A stretch of 64,000 nucleotides of DNA from Rhodoluna limnophila. Lineage in GTDB: Bacteria > Actinomycetota > Actinomycetes > Actinomycetales > Microbacteriaceae. Below, piece after piece: positions 1-9,592 of the stretch. The stretch is from NCBI GenBank assembly GCA_945862155.1, contig CAMAXJ010000001.1, positions 5,845 to 69,844 of the forward strand, in the 5' to 3' direction. The translations under genes were made by a program, and so were the position numbers. The first letter of the stretch is position 1. Each line of letters begins with the position of its first letter. Below the pieces are notes generated by a model. It did no database searches. It had not been told where the DNA came from and was given only the letters and a program-made list of their open reading frames with translations.

Positions 1-49
1 TCAAAAAGGTACTGACTTTGGTTTTTCTAGGCATGCATCAAGCTTAAAG

Positions 50-562
50 CTATTTACTCGGCGTTGTCGCCGAGATACCTAAGTGCACAGCACTCAGCAC
101 AAGGTAAGCACCAAAAAAGCCAACCGCTGAATTGATATCCAGCGGAACAGCTAGAAACAGCAGGCCAACAAGCAAGCTCAAACTCGCACTAATCAAGCTA
201 TCTTTTCCAAAACGAGTGGCAAAGCCAGATCTTCGAGCAAGATACATTTCAAATGCTCCGGCGATTAGTCCCCAGCCAGTCACAAGATAAACAAAGACCA
301 AGGCCGAGGCCTCTGGATCGGTTGCCGGAACCAATAGCGCAGCTGTGCCAACGAGCAGTGCAGCAAGTGTGAGTGGGAAATTCTCCAGCGAGAATATCCC
401 ATTTCCCCAAATTACGCTTCCAACTCCATTGAAAAGTGCAAAGCCGATTCCAAAGATTCCGAGTGCGAATAAGCCGGTTGCTGCCGAATGAGATTGATTG
501 AAAGTGATAAAGATTCCAACGCCGAAGGAAATTGCTGCTCGAAGAGCAAAAACAAATTTCAC
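50..562 (-). CDS. hypothetical polytopic membrane protein
   Basis: 170-aa ORF that is almost entirely hydrophobic helices (GIFGIGFALF, LLVGTAALLV, LLVGLLFLAV). It abuts the dnaB stop. No catalytic motif recognised. Confidence 0.6.
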   Translation of the reverse strand: MKFVFALRAAISFGVGIFITFNQSHSAATGLFALGIFGIGFALFNGVGSVIWGNGIFSLENFPLTLAALLVGTAALLVPATDPEASALVFVYLVTGWGLIAGAFEMYLARRSGFATRFGKDSLISASLSLLVGLLFLAVPLDINSAVGFFGAYLVLSAVHLGISATTPSK

Positions 563-565
563 TTA

Positions 566-1921
566 TTAGACCTTCATGTTTACAAAGCGCGAGTAGTGAC
601 CCTGGAAGGACACAGTAACGGTTCCGGTAGGACCAGAGCGCTGCTTGGCAAGAATCAAATCTGCCTCACCCGCTCTTGGGTGATCCGTGTCGCCGATAGC
701 TTCGCGGTGCAAAAGTACTACTACGTCAGCGTCTTGCTCCAAGGAACCAGATTCACGAAGGTGAGAAAGCTCAGGCTTTTTATCCTTGGTCTGTTCTGCT
801 TGACGGTTTAGCTGTGAAAGAGCAACCACTGGAATGTTTAGCTCTTTCGACAAAAGCTTTAGTGCACGAGAGAACTCGGAAACTTCCTGCTGACGCGATT
901 CGACTTTCTTACCCGAGGTAAGAAGCTGTAGGTAGTCGATCACGATCATCTTTAGCCCCACGCGCTGAGACAACCGTCTGCACTTCGCGCGAATTTCAAC
1001 CAGGGTCATGTTCGGTGAGTCGTCAATGTATAAAGGCGCATCGTTGATGCGACCGCGAACTTGAGCAAGCTTGGTCCAGTCGGAATCTGCGATGTTTCCT
1101 TTTCGCATTGACTGCAAAGGAATTGATGACTCCGCAGAAAGCATGCGCATAGCAATTTCTGCGCGACCCATTTCCAAGGAGAAAAACAGTGTTGATTTGC
1201 CCTGAGCAATTGCTGCGTTTCTTGCGATGTCCAATGCAAATGTTGACTTACCCATTGCAGGACGAGCGGCAACAATAATTAGCTGTCCTGGATGGAAACC
1301 GTTTGTTAGTGCGTCAAGTTCAGTGAAACCAGTTGGAACACCGACGAGATCTCCGTTGCTGTCCTGCGCTGCTTCGATTTCTGCAATAGCAGCCTCGATG
1401 GAATCGCTAAGCGCGACGTAGTCTTCACCGGTACCAGATTGTGTAACTCTGTAAACATCTTCTTGTGCTGTATTTACAAGATCAGTGACTTCACCTTCGT
1501 TGGCGTAACCAAGTTGTGCAATGCGTGTTCCAACTTCCACAAGTCTTCTTAGCGTTGCTTTTTCCTGAACAATCTTTGCGTAGAAAGAAGCGTTGGCTGC
1601 AGTTGGAACAGTGCTGGTAAGTGTGTGCAAATAATCTGCACCGCCGGAACGAACCAAACTTCCAGTCTTTACAAGCTGATCGGTAACTGTAATGACATCG
1701 GTTGGTTCACCCATTCCGTAAAGCGTGAGTAGTGCTTCAAAAATAATTTGGTGTTTCGGTGCGTAAAAGTCAGGACCGTGAACATATTCGAAAACTTCAG
1801 CAACTGCTTCTTGCGAAATTAACATCGCACCGAGCGTGGATTGCTCGGCTAGAAGGTCGTGAGGTAGCACTCTGTCAGTGGATCGCCCCGGCTCTGCCGG
1901 TAGTACGGGCGCCAATGACAT
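566..1921 (-). CDS. dnaB: replicative DNA helicase DnaB
   Basis: 451 aa. N-terminal DnaB domain (LPHDLLAEQSTLGAML), Walker A ARPAMGKST, Walker B IVIDYLQL, and AGGAG upstream of the ATG. No intein. Confidence 0.95.
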   Translation of the reverse strand: MSLAPVLPAEPGRSTDRVLPHDLLAEQSTLGAMLISQEAVAEVFEYVHGPDFYAPKHQIIFEALLTLYGMGEPTDVITVTDQLVKTGSLVRSGGADYLHTLTSTVPTAANASFYAKIVQEKATLRRLVEVGTRIAQLGYANEGEVTDLVNTAQEDVYRVTQSGTGEDYVALSDSIEAAIAEIEAAQDSNGDLVGVPTGFTELDALTNGFHPGQLIIVAARPAMGKSTFALDIARNAAIAQGKSTLFFSLEMGRAEIAMRMLSAESSIPLQSMRKGNIADSDWTKLAQVRGRINDAPLYIDDSPNMTLVEIRAKCRRLSQRVGLKMIVIDYLQLLTSGKKVESRQQEVSEFSRALKLLSKELNIPVVALSQLNRQAEQTKDKKPELSHLRESGSLEQDADVVVLLHREAIGDTDHPRAGEADLILAKQRSGPTGTVTVSFQGHYSRFVNMKV

Positions 1922-1995
1922 TGATTGCTCCTAGAAATGAGGGTGGTGATAACTTGTCTAGCATCCACCACTGACAAACCCTTATAAAGCCGCGG

Positions 1996-2220
1996 TGTGT
2001 ATAACACTGTGGATAACTCGGGGAAAACACTCTAATAAATCCGGAAAACTTGTGGATGGGCCTGTGGAACCGCAAATTCTTTCGGGCCCGCATGCCAAGT
2101 AAACACTGGCATTTGCTTGTGCATAACAAATTCATTGCAAACTCTCAAGATGGCAATGAGGGTTGTGTATAAGCCCCTCTTTTGGTCCAAAAACAGGGTG
2201 CTAACCGCAGGTTATCCACA
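1996..2220. promoter_or_regulatory. cluster of DnaA-box motifs in the dnaB upstream region
   Basis: Perfect boxes TGTGGATAA (2008-2016) and TTATCCACA (2212-2220). Near-boxes TGTGTATAA (1996-2004, 2164-2172), TGTGGATGG (2051-2059) and TGTGGAAC (2063-2070). Confidence 0.55.
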
Positions 2221-2269
2221 ACTTGTCAAAAGTGGCCCATTTGGATCATTTTTGGACCCCAGAAACACT

Positions 2270-2296
2270 AAACCCCAGACCTATGGCCTGGGGTTT
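2270..2296 (-). terminator. hairpin terminator downstream of rplI
   Basis: AAACCCCAG ... CTGGGGTTT inverted repeat immediately after the rplI stop, flanked by A/T runs. Confidence 0.5.
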
Positions 2297-2318
2297 AGTT
2301 CAATGCTTTGAAAGGTTT

Positions 2319-2771
2319 TTACTTCTTTCCAACAACCTTTAGCTTGATGGTTGCAACCAGGTCGCCGTGTAGACGCACGGTGGCTAGGTATTCGCCAACG
2401 GAACGAATCGGGTTTGGAATTTCAACCTTGCGCTTGTCTATGGAACCGATGCCTGCTTCAGCAACTGCTGCTGCGATGTCGCCAGTCTTGACTGAGCCGA
2501 ATAGTCGACCGCCAACGCCTGCCTTGATGGAAAGCTTCACGGAAGCTTCTTCCAGGCGAGCCTTTAGGGTCTGTGCCTCTTCGATGGTTGCTAGCTGACG
2601 TGCGTCACGAGCTGCGCGGATAGAACTAACCTGCTTCTCGCCGCCTTTGCTCCAGATAACAGCGAAGCCGCGAGGAAGTAGGTAGTTACGTGCGTAGCCG
2701 TTCTTAACTTCAACGACGTCGCCTGCAGAACCAAGTCCTGAGACCTCGTTAGTGAGAATGATCTTTGACAT
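2319..2771 (-). CDS. rplI: 50S ribosomal protein L9
   Basis: 150 aa. [35 protein letters not shown] is a typical L9 N-terminus, and the gene sits in rpsF-ssb-rpsR-rplI synteny. Confidence 0.95.
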   Translation of the reverse strand: MSKIILTNEVSGLGSAGDVVEVKNGYARNYLLPRGFAVIWSKGGEKQVSSIRAARDARQLATIEEAQTLKARLEEASVKLSIKAGVGGRLFGSVKTGDIAAAVAEAGIGSIDKRKVEIPNPIRSVGEYLATVRLHGDLVATIKLKVVGKK

Positions 2772-2785
2772 ATTCCTGGTTCTCC

Positions 2786-3043
2786 TTAGCGGCCAGCACC
2801 GGCGTATGGCAATAGTGCCATCTCGCGTGCGTTCTTGATTGCGGTTGCGATGAGGCGCTGTTCCTGAACAGAAACACCGGTGATGCGACGTGCGCGGATC
2901 TTTCCGCGGTCTGAGATGAACTTTCTCAGTGTTGCAACATCCTTGTAGTCGATGATTCCGACCTTCATGAATTTAACTGGAGCTAGTTTGTCTAGCTTCG
3001 AGTTACGAGTTGGTTTACGACGTGGGTCGGTTTTTCCAGCCAT
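2786..3043 (-). CDS. rpsR: 30S ribosomal protein S18
   Basis: 85 aa with the ...[26 protein letters not shown]... S18 signature, plus synteny. Confidence 0.95.
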   Translation of the reverse strand: MAGKTDPRRKPTRNSKLDKLAPVKFMKVGIIDYKDVATLRKFISDRGKIRARRITGVSVQEQRLIATAIKNAREMALLPYAGAGR

Positions 3044-3069
3044 CTTGTTTTTCTCCTAGTTTCTAAACT

Positions 3070-3570
3070 TTAAAAAGGTGTGTCGTCTGATGCCGGAGCA
3101 CCCGGGTTTGCCCAGCCGTCATCGGCCTTTGCTGCAGCTGGTGCTGCAGGGGTGTTGGCCCAAGGATCTTGGGTCATTGCCGCTGGTGCGTTTCCGCCTT
3201 CGCGAGCACGGCGGGTGACTGTAGCTGTTGCATAGCGAAGGGATGGACCGATTTCTTCGATCTCAACTTCTAGTGAAGCGCGAGCCTCACCTGATGCAGC
3301 AGTGTAAGCAGAAGGAGCCTTTAGGCGACCGGTTACAACAACTCTGGAACCCTTGGTCAAAGACTGTGCAACGTTCTCGGCAAGTTCACGCCAAGCGGTG
3401 CAACGAACCCAAACAGTTTCGCCATCTTCCCAAGCATTGGTCTGCTTGTTCATTGTGCGAGGAGTGGATGCAACTCTTACGCTTGCAACAGCTACTCCAC
3501 CCTGGGTGTAACGAAGTTCTGGGTCGTCAGCAATGTTGCCAACTACGGTGATTGTGACTTCTCCGGCCAT
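3070..3570 (-). CDS. ssb: single-stranded DNA-binding protein
   Basis: 166 aa. OB-fold N-terminus (ITVVGNIADDPELRYTQGG), Gly/Pro/Ala-rich linker and an acidic C-terminal tip DDTPF. Confidence 0.95.
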   Translation of the reverse strand: MAGEVTITVVGNIADDPELRYTQGGVAVASVRVASTPRTMNKQTNAWEDGETVWVRCTAWRELAENVAQSLTKGSRVVVTGRLKAPSAYTAASGEARASLEVEIEEIGPSLRYATATVTRRAREGGNAPAAMTQDPWANTPAAPAAAKADDGWANPGAPASDDTPF

Positions 3571-3572
3571 GA

Positions 3573-4025
3573 TTACTCCGCTGCTGCTTCTACGGTCTCA
3601 GCTACCTTGTCAGCAGATTTTTCTTCTGAAGGGCGCGATGAGGAGGGCTTGTCTGAAGAGTCTTTTCTTGGACCCTTGCGCGGTGGGCGCTCGTAGGATT
3701 TCTCAGCTACATACTCAATCGGTGTGATTGTGAACTGAACGTCCTCGGCGCGTAGCACCTTGGTGCGCATGACAGCTTCTGAAAGGTTCAGCTGACGGTC
3801 AAGCTCGATAACGGCATCTGATGGAGCTGTCATGTTGATGACGGCGTAGATACCTTCGGACTTCTTCTGGATTTCATAAGCCAAACGGCGTCTGCCCCAG
3901 ATGCTCAAAGTGTCAACAGTGCCTTTAGCAGTGGTGATTACGTTGAGGAATTTTTCTAGGGATGGTTGTACTGTTTTTTCTTCGACGGTTGGGTCGAGAA
4001 TAACCATTACTTCGTACTGATGCAT
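3573..4025 (-). CDS. rpsF: 30S ribosomal protein S6 with a charged C-terminal extension
   Basis: 150 aa. [12 protein letters not shown] is an S6 N-terminus, and the gene is first in the rpsF-ssb-rpsR-rplI operon. Confidence 0.9.
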   Translation of the reverse strand: MHQYEVMVILDPTVEEKTVQPSLEKFLNVITTAKGTVDTLSIWGRRRLAYEIQKKSEGIYAVINMTAPSDAVIELDRQLNLSEAVMRTKVLRAEDVQFTITPIEYVAEKSYERPPRKGPRKDSSDKPSSSRPSEEKSADKVAETVEAAAE

Positions 4026-4124
4026 AGCTAACCCACCTCCTTTGGACTAGAGCGGCCATGGACGTTCCATGACAGGAGGGTATAAATGACATCTGCTACC
4101 TAAGATTCAGGCAACTTCCCTACT
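4026..4124 (-). promoter_or_regulatory. candidate structured rpsF 5' leader (S6:S18-type autoregulatory element)
   Basis: On the minus strand there is a CATGGA-ACG-TCCATG hairpin. A CCTCCT segment could pair with the AGGAGG Shine-Dalgarno just before the rpsF ATG. Confidence 0.3.
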
Positions 4125-5540
4125 CTAGCCCTTAGGCCACCACTCAAGCAAGGCCTTTTTGGCGGCCGCTTCGCCCATTGGGCCACTCTCTATTCGAAGC
4201 TCCAGAAGGTATTTATAGGCTTTCCCGACCCCGGGGCCTGCTGGAATGCCAAGGATTTCCATGATCTGCTCGCCGGTTAGATCAGGGCGCATGGCGTTTA
4301 GTTCTTCTTGCTCCATTACCTTCTCTATGCGCGCTTCCAGATCGTCGTAAGCGTGAGATAAAAGGTCTGCTTTTCGCTTGTTTCTGGTGGTGACGTCGGC
4401 GCGGGTAAGGATGTGCAGTCTCACTAGCTGATCTCCAGCGTCGCGCACATACCTTCTTATAGCGGCATCGGTCCATGCCTGATCGCTGTAACCAAAAAAG
4501 CGCAAGTGAAGCTCAATCAAAGAACAAACTGCTTTGATGGTGTCGTTATCAAAGCGAAGTTCCTTCATGCGCTTTTTAGCAAGCTTGGCACCAACCACAT
4601 CGTGGTGGTAGAAACTAACCGCTCCGCCAGGTTCTAATTTTCTGGTTGCCGGCTTTCCGATATCGTGCAGCAACGCTGCAAAGCGCAATGTGATATCAGG
4701 CTCTAGCTTGTAATCCTTCTCGTAGTCGATGGCCTGTTCAACGACTTTGAGGGTGTGCTCATAAACATCCTTGTGGTGGTGATGCTCATCGACTTCCAAT
4801 TTCAGCGCTGGAAGCTCCGGCAACACAATTTCAGCAAGTCCCGAATCAACTAGGGCTTCTAGGCCCTTGCGGGGAAATTTTCCGAGCATAAGTTTTTGTA
4901 GTTCAGCTTGAATTCTTTCGGCTGAAATAATGCTCAGGCGATCGCGCATCGAATGCATGGCTTCAAAAGTTTCTGGTTCAATTTCAAAACCCAACTGAGA
5001 TGCAAACCGCGCGCCGCGCAGCATGCGAAGTGGGTCATCGCCAAACGAGTCCTCTGGTTTGCCTGGGGTTTTTAGGACCTGGTCCATTAGGTCTCTAAGG
5101 CCGCCAAAGGGATCAACGAACTTTCTATCTGGGAGGGTTAGTGCCATTGAGTTCACTGTGAAATCGCGGCGCTTTAGATCTTCGGTTAGGTCTTTGCCAA
5201 AGCGAACTTCTGGTTTTCTAGAATCTGCGTCATAAGCATCGGTTCGATAAGTTGTGATTTCAATTTGATCGTCGCCGATCCGGCATCCGATGGTTCCAAA
5301 CTCTTTTCCTATTTCCCAGTGGCTATCTACTTTGCCTTTTATAAGGGCAAGGATCTCATCGGGGGTTGCGTTGGTAGTTAGGTCAACATCGGGAGCAACT
5401 CTTCCCAAAATTGCATCTCTTACTGGGCCGCCAACTAGAGCAAGTTCAAAACCGGCGCTCGAAAACAACTTCCCAAGTTTTTCCAACAGAGCAGTTGAAG
5501 TGAGATGCTCTAGGTTTTTCATTGCGTCGGCGGTTTCCAT
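4125..5540 (-). CDS. cca: CCA tRNA nucleotidyltransferase / poly(A) polymerase family protein with HD domain
   Basis: 471 aa. Nucleotidyltransferase motif GGPVRDAILGR...DVDLTT, RRDFTVN, and an HD motif LLHDIGKP. Confidence 0.85.
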   Translation of the reverse strand: METADAMKNLEHLTSTALLEKLGKLFSSAGFELALVGGPVRDAILGRVAPDVDLTTNATPDEILALIKGKVDSHWEIGKEFGTIGCRIGDDQIEITTYRTDAYDADSRKPEVRFGKDLTEDLKRRDFTVNSMALTLPDRKFVDPFGGLRDLMDQVLKTPGKPEDSFGDDPLRMLRGARFASQLGFEIEPETFEAMHSMRDRLSIISAERIQAELQKLMLGKFPRKGLEALVDSGLAEIVLPELPALKLEVDEHHHHKDVYEHTLKVVEQAIDYEKDYKLEPDITLRFAALLHDIGKPATRKLEPGGAVSFYHHDVVGAKLAKKRMKELRFDNDTIKAVCSLIELHLRFFGYSDQAWTDAAIRRYVRDAGDQLVRLHILTRADVTTRNKRKADLLSHAYDDLEARIEKVMEQEELNAMRPDLTGEQIMEILGIPAGPGVGKAYKYLLELRIESGPMGEAAAKKALLEWWPKG

Positions 5541-5622
5541 CGCTACCAGCTTGCCACACCCGCGTTTTTAGTGGCTTTGGGCAAGCCGAGATAGAGAATT
5601 TCTCGTTCGGTAGAATTGTGCA

Positions 5623-6072
5623 ATGCAATCAAACTCAAACCACACCGAGGTATCTTCCGGTGGGTTTGTGATTTCAAAATCTGACCCAACGCTTGTTGCC
5701 CTGATGGCCAGATTCAATCGCGGTGGAAAACTTGAGTGGTGTATTCCAAAAGGTCACCTCGAGCAAAACGAGACCAGCGAACAAGCAGCCATTAGAGAAG
5801 TGTTTGAAGAAACTGGCCTGGAAGCACAAATCATTCAGCACCTTGGAGAAGTGAACTACCTGTTCATCCAAGATGGATCAAAGATCAGCAAGACGGTTCA
5901 CGTGTATTTGATGCAGCAAACCGGAGGCGAGCTCTCCTTCGACAAAGACCCTCACAAAGAAGCCTCTGAATTGGAGTGGGTGCGGGTATCCGAGCTGCTG
6001 GCTAGGCTTTCTCATGGCAATGAAAAGCGCATTGCAAAATTGGCGATAGAACTTATTGAGGCACGCAGTTGA
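5623..6072 (+). CDS. NUDIX hydrolase
   Basis: 149 aa with Nudix box GHLEQNETSEQAAIREVFEETGL. It occupies the position of mutT4 in actinobacterial synteny. Confidence 0.85.
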   Translation: MQSNSNHTEVSSGGFVISKSDPTLVALMARFNRGGKLEWCIPKGHLEQNETSEQAAIREVFEETGLEAQIIQHLGEVNYLFIQDGSKISKTVHVYLMQQTGGELSFDKDPHKEASELEWVRVSELLARLSHGNEKRIAKLAIELIEARS

Positions 6073-6584
6073 AAAAGTACGTAAGGCAGATTTCCTTAGT
6101 CATCATCATTGCCGTAGCCGCTTCCACCGTTTTGGCAGCAACACCCGCCTTGCCTGCAACCCTCACTGAGGCTGACGCTGGTTCTGTTTCAATCGTGAAG
6201 GGCTCTGGCATCAACTTGGTTTCTCGTGAATCTTCTCTTCCTGTTGCGGTGACCAACACTCTGGCGGGTGAAGTTCGAGTGATTGTGAATTTGAAGTCCA
6301 ACTCAGCAAAGCTAGTTGTCGAGGATTCCACCATGCAGCTTGTCATTCCGGCCGGGACAACTGTAAATGCACAGTTTCCAATTAGAGCAATCGGTAGCGG
6401 CAACGTGGTGCTGGTTTCTTGGCTAACTGCGCTGTCTGGTCGTGAGCTTGGGGTGCGAGTTCCGATAAATCTCACCGTTAACCCAGATATCGAAACAGCG
6501 GCAATAGTGTTGTTTCTGAGCTTCGTTGCGGTGTTGATGGTTATCGGTGTTATTAGAACCCTTCGGCGAAGAAAAACTTCTTAA
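6069..6584 (+). CDS. secreted, C-terminally membrane-anchored beta-rich protein
   Basis: 171 aa with an N-terminal signal/TM (ISLVIIIAVAASTVLAA), a C-terminal TM and a basic tail RTLRRRKTS. Its start overlaps the NUDIX stop by 4 nt. Confidence 0.6.
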   Translation: MKKYVRQISLVIIIAVAASTVLAATPALPATLTEADAGSVSIVKGSGINLVSRESSLPVAVTNTLAGEVRVIVNLKSNSAKLVVEDSTMQLVIPAGTTVNAQFPIRAIGSGNVVLVSWLTALSGRELGVRVPINLTVNPDIETAAIVLFLSFVAVLMVIGVIRTLRRRKTS

Positions 6585-6593
6585 GGATTTTTC

Positions 6594-8222
6594 ATGGGCA
6601 TTGCCAGATCTTCCGTCATCATGGCCAGTGGCACCATAGCGTCCCGAATTCTCGGGTTCATTAGAACTGTTGTCCTCGCGCTAACAATCGGTGTTACAAC
6701 AGATGCTGCCGACGCCTTTGGTGTTGCCAATCAACTACCGAATAACGTCTATGCGATTATTGCCGGCGGTGTGCTTTCCGCGGTGCTAGTTCCGCAGATT
6801 GTTAAAGCCCGTAGCCACGACGACGATGGTCACGGCTACATCGACAGGCTTTTGACTTTGGCGATTACAGTCTTTGCCGTGGTCACCGTTGCCGCCACAC
6901 TGGCTGCGCCCTTACTTGTTTCGCTATACACAACCGGTTGGTCGCCTGCCCAGCTAGCGTTGGCAACGGCCTTTGCTTACTGGTGTTTACCGCAGCTGTT
7001 TTTCTATGGGCTTTATTCGATGCTTGGTGAAGTGCTAAATGCCAGAAGCGCGTTCGGTCCTTACATGTGGGCACCGGTACTAAACAACTTGGTTGGCCTA
7101 ATTGGCCTGATTGCTTTTTTTGTAATTTTCGGGGCAGACCCAACTGGCACAAGAACAGTTGAGCAGTGGGGTGCTTCCCAGATTGCACTTCTTAGTGGAT
7201 CTGCGACTTTGGGTGTCATGGCCCAAGCTTTCATATTGTTTTTTGCCTGGAGAAAAATTGGAATCAAGTTCTCACTAAATTTCTCCTGGCGCGGTGTGGG
7301 ACTTAGGCCAGCAATCAAAGCTGCCGGTTGGTCACTGGCCATGGTTTTGGTTTCCCAAATCGGTGGGCTAATTCAAACCGTTGTTGCATCGCGCGCGGTT
7401 GCTGATCGTGGCGATGGGCCAGCAATTGCATCGATTGCTGCGATGGTTATCGCTTGGTTAATCTTTATGCTTCCGCACTCGGTGGTGACCGTTTCTATTG
7501 CAACCGCTTACTTTACAAAGATGAGTGAGCACGTGCAGAAAAAACAGATTCACTTGATGAAGGCGGATTTGCGTTCATCGCTTCGAATAGTTGTTTTGGT
7601 AAATACCTTTTCTTCTATTGCACTAATTCTTCTTTCGCTGCCGGTGGCGAGAGTGTTTGTTGGGGAGTTTGACTCCACGGTTGCCTTGGGCAACGTGTTG
7701 TTTGCAACCATGTTTGGTTTGATTCCTTTTGGAATGGTGTTTATGTTTCAGCGAGCTTTCTACGCTCTGGAGGATACTCGAACACCGTTTGTGTTTACCT
7801 CGGTGCAAATTGTTTTTCATATTCTTGGATCGATTTACTTGTTCTTTAATATGGAATCTCAGTTTCTGGTTATGTCCCTTGCGGGTCTAACGAGCTTCAC
7901 CATCTTGATTCAGGCTTTGGCTGCCTATCTTTTGCTTCGAAGAAGGATCGGAGAAATTGGCGCACCCCCCAAAGGTCACGCCCTAACGCTTCGGGTAATT
8001 GTTGCTGGGTTTGTCACCTTCGCGGTTGGTACGGCGTCTATTATTTATCTGGGTGGGATTCGCGAGGACAGCTTCGCAATCGACACCATCGCAGGCGCGG
8101 TGGGGGTTATCTTTACCGCTGGAATGTTGATGCTTGTTTCCTATATCGTCACTTTGAAGCTACTCAAGGTTCCCGAGATAGACACTGCCTTCGACGGGAT
8201 CGCTGGAATACTGCGCCGCTAA
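6594..8222 (+). CDS. murJ: lipid II flippase MurJ/MviN
   Basis: 542-aa polytopic protein. The N-terminus SGTIASRILGFIRTVVLA...FGVANQLPN is typical of MurJ, plus synteny. Confidence 0.9.
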   Translation: MGIARSSVIMASGTIASRILGFIRTVVLALTIGVTTDAADAFGVANQLPNNVYAIIAGGVLSAVLVPQIVKARSHDDDGHGYIDRLLTLAITVFAVVTVAATLAAPLLVSLYTTGWSPAQLALATAFAYWCLPQLFFYGLYSMLGEVLNARSAFGPYMWAPVLNNLVGLIGLIAFFVIFGADPTGTRTVEQWGASQIALLSGSATLGVMAQAFILFFAWRKIGIKFSLNFSWRGVGLRPAIKAAGWSLAMVLVSQIGGLIQTVVASRAVADRGDGPAIASIAAMVIAWLIFMLPHSVVTVSIATAYFTKMSEHVQKKQIHLMKADLRSSLRIVVLVNTFSSIALILLSLPVARVFVGEFDSTVALGNVLFATMFGLIPFGMVFMFQRAFYALEDTRTPFVFTSVQIVFHILGSIYLFFNMESQFLVMSLAGLTSFTILIQALAAYLLLRRRIGEIGAPPKGHALTLRVIVAGFVTFAVGTASIIYLGGIREDSFAIDTIAGAVGVIFTAGMLMLVSYIVTLKLLKVPEIDTAFDGIAGILRR

Positions 8223-8277
8223 GCTTGGTTGTTGGCTAGGTGCCTAGCAATTTATAAGGCCGTTTTGGAGTAATCAA

Positions 8278-9198
8278 ATGCGCGAAGTAATAATCATCGG
8301 ATCCGGCCCCGCCGGATACACAGCTGCTATCTATGCAGCTAGAGCGGGCCTAACCCCTCTCATGATTGCTTCCAGCGTTGAGCCTGGTGGCGAACTTATG
8401 AAAACCACCGAAGTTGAGAACTACCCAGGTTTTCCAGGCGGTCTTATGGGTCCTGACTTGATGGCCAAATTCCAGGAGCAGGCCGAGCGCTTTGGGACAG
8501 AGATTTTGCTGCAGGACGTGGTGGAAGTTGACCTAAAGGCAAATCCAAAAATTGTGAAGTGTGGCAACGGAGATGTCTTTGAGGCAAAGGCCGTTATTTT
8601 GGCAACCGGGGCCGCTTACCGCGAACTAGGTTTGCCAAACGAAAAGGCTCTATCTGGTCATGGTGTTAGCTGGTGTGCCACCTGCGATGGTTTCTTCTTT
8701 AGAGAAAAGACAATTGCTGTTGTTGGCGGTGGCGACTCGGCCATGGAAGAGGCTTTGTTCCTGACTCGCTTCGCGACCAAGGTTTTTGTAATTCATCGCA
8801 GGGACACATTGAAGGCTTCCAAGATCATGCAGGATCGCGCCAAGGCAAACCCAAAGATCGAGTTCATCTGGAACAAGGGCGTTGAGGAGCTTCTTGGAGA
8901 TCCAAAGCTAACCGGGATCAAGCTCAAGGACACTGTCACCGGTGAAGAATCTCAAATGGACCTAGATGGACTATTTATTGCCATTGGAAATGACCCGAGA
9001 GTTTGGTTGGTTGAAAACCAGCTTGAGCTAACTGCAGAGAACTTCATCAAGGTTGATGGCAGATCTTCAAAGACCACAATCGAAGGTGTCTTTGCTTGCG
9101 GAGACGTTATTGATCCGACCTACCGTCAGGCAATCACCGCAGCTGGTTCTGGTTGTGTTGCAGCCCTTGACGCCGAGCACTTCATCGCCTCACACTAA
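8278..9198 (+). CDS. trxB: thioredoxin-disulfide reductase
   Basis: 306 aa with GSGPAGYTAAIYAAR FAD motif, redox CATCDG, and GGGDSAMEEA NADPH motif. Confidence 0.95.
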   Translation: MREVIIIGSGPAGYTAAIYAARAGLTPLMIASSVEPGGELMKTTEVENYPGFPGGLMGPDLMAKFQEQAERFGTEILLQDVVEVDLKANPKIVKCGNGDVFEAKAVILATGAAYRELGLPNEKALSGHGVSWCATCDGFFFREKTIAVVGGGDSAMEEALFLTRFATKVFVIHRRDTLKASKIMQDRAKANPKIEFIWNKGVEELLGDPKLTGIKLKDTVTGEESQMDLDGLFIAIGNDPRVWLVENQLELTAENFIKVDGRSSKTTIEGVFACGDVIDPTYRQAITAAGSGCVAALDAEHFIASH

Positions 9199-9222
9199 GA
9201 AACATAACCCTAAGGAGAACCC

Positions 9223-9546
9223 ATGTCAGCCAAGAACGTCACCACAGCATCCTTCCAAGCCGATGTGCTGGATAACCCGAAGCCAGTGATGGTTGATTTC
9301 TGGGCTGAGTGGTGTGGGCCTTGCCGCATGGTATCTCCGATTCTTGATGAGATTGCAACCGAGTACGCCGACAAGATTGACATCGTCAAAGTGAATGTGG
9401 ACGAAGAGCCTGAACTTGCGATGCAGTATGGCGTCACCGGCATTCCGATGATGGCAGTTTTCCAGGGCGGAACAATTGCGAAGCAAATGGTCGGAGCAAA
9501 ACCAAAGACCGCAATCGTCGAAGATTTGGCTGCATTCCTGGCTTAG
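9223..9546 (+). CDS. trxA: thioredoxin
   Basis: 107 aa with a WCGPC active site, directly after trxB. Confidence 0.95.
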   Translation: MSAKNVTTASFQADVLDNPKPVMVDFWAEWCGPCRMVSPILDEIATEYADKIDIVKVNVDEEPELAMQYGVTGIPMMAVFQGGTIAKQMVGAKPKTAIVEDLAAFLA

Positions 9547-9592
9547 CTAAGATTGTGGGAAACCTTGTTTCCCTAAAAATCTAAAGTGAGCC

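Noticed and set aside
6053-6475. 140-aa minus-strand ORF antisense to the 6069-6584 gene.
   Set aside because: It is a shadow ORF fully inside a plus-strand gene that has a signal peptide, a TM anchor and translational coupling. It has low-complexity Thr/Ser/Ala composition and no RBS.
9557-9573. GGGAAAC-CTT-GTTTCCC hairpin after trxA as a terminator.
   Set aside because: It has only a 7-bp stem and no U-tract, and the next gene starts 20 nt later on the same strand. That is insufficient to call a terminator.
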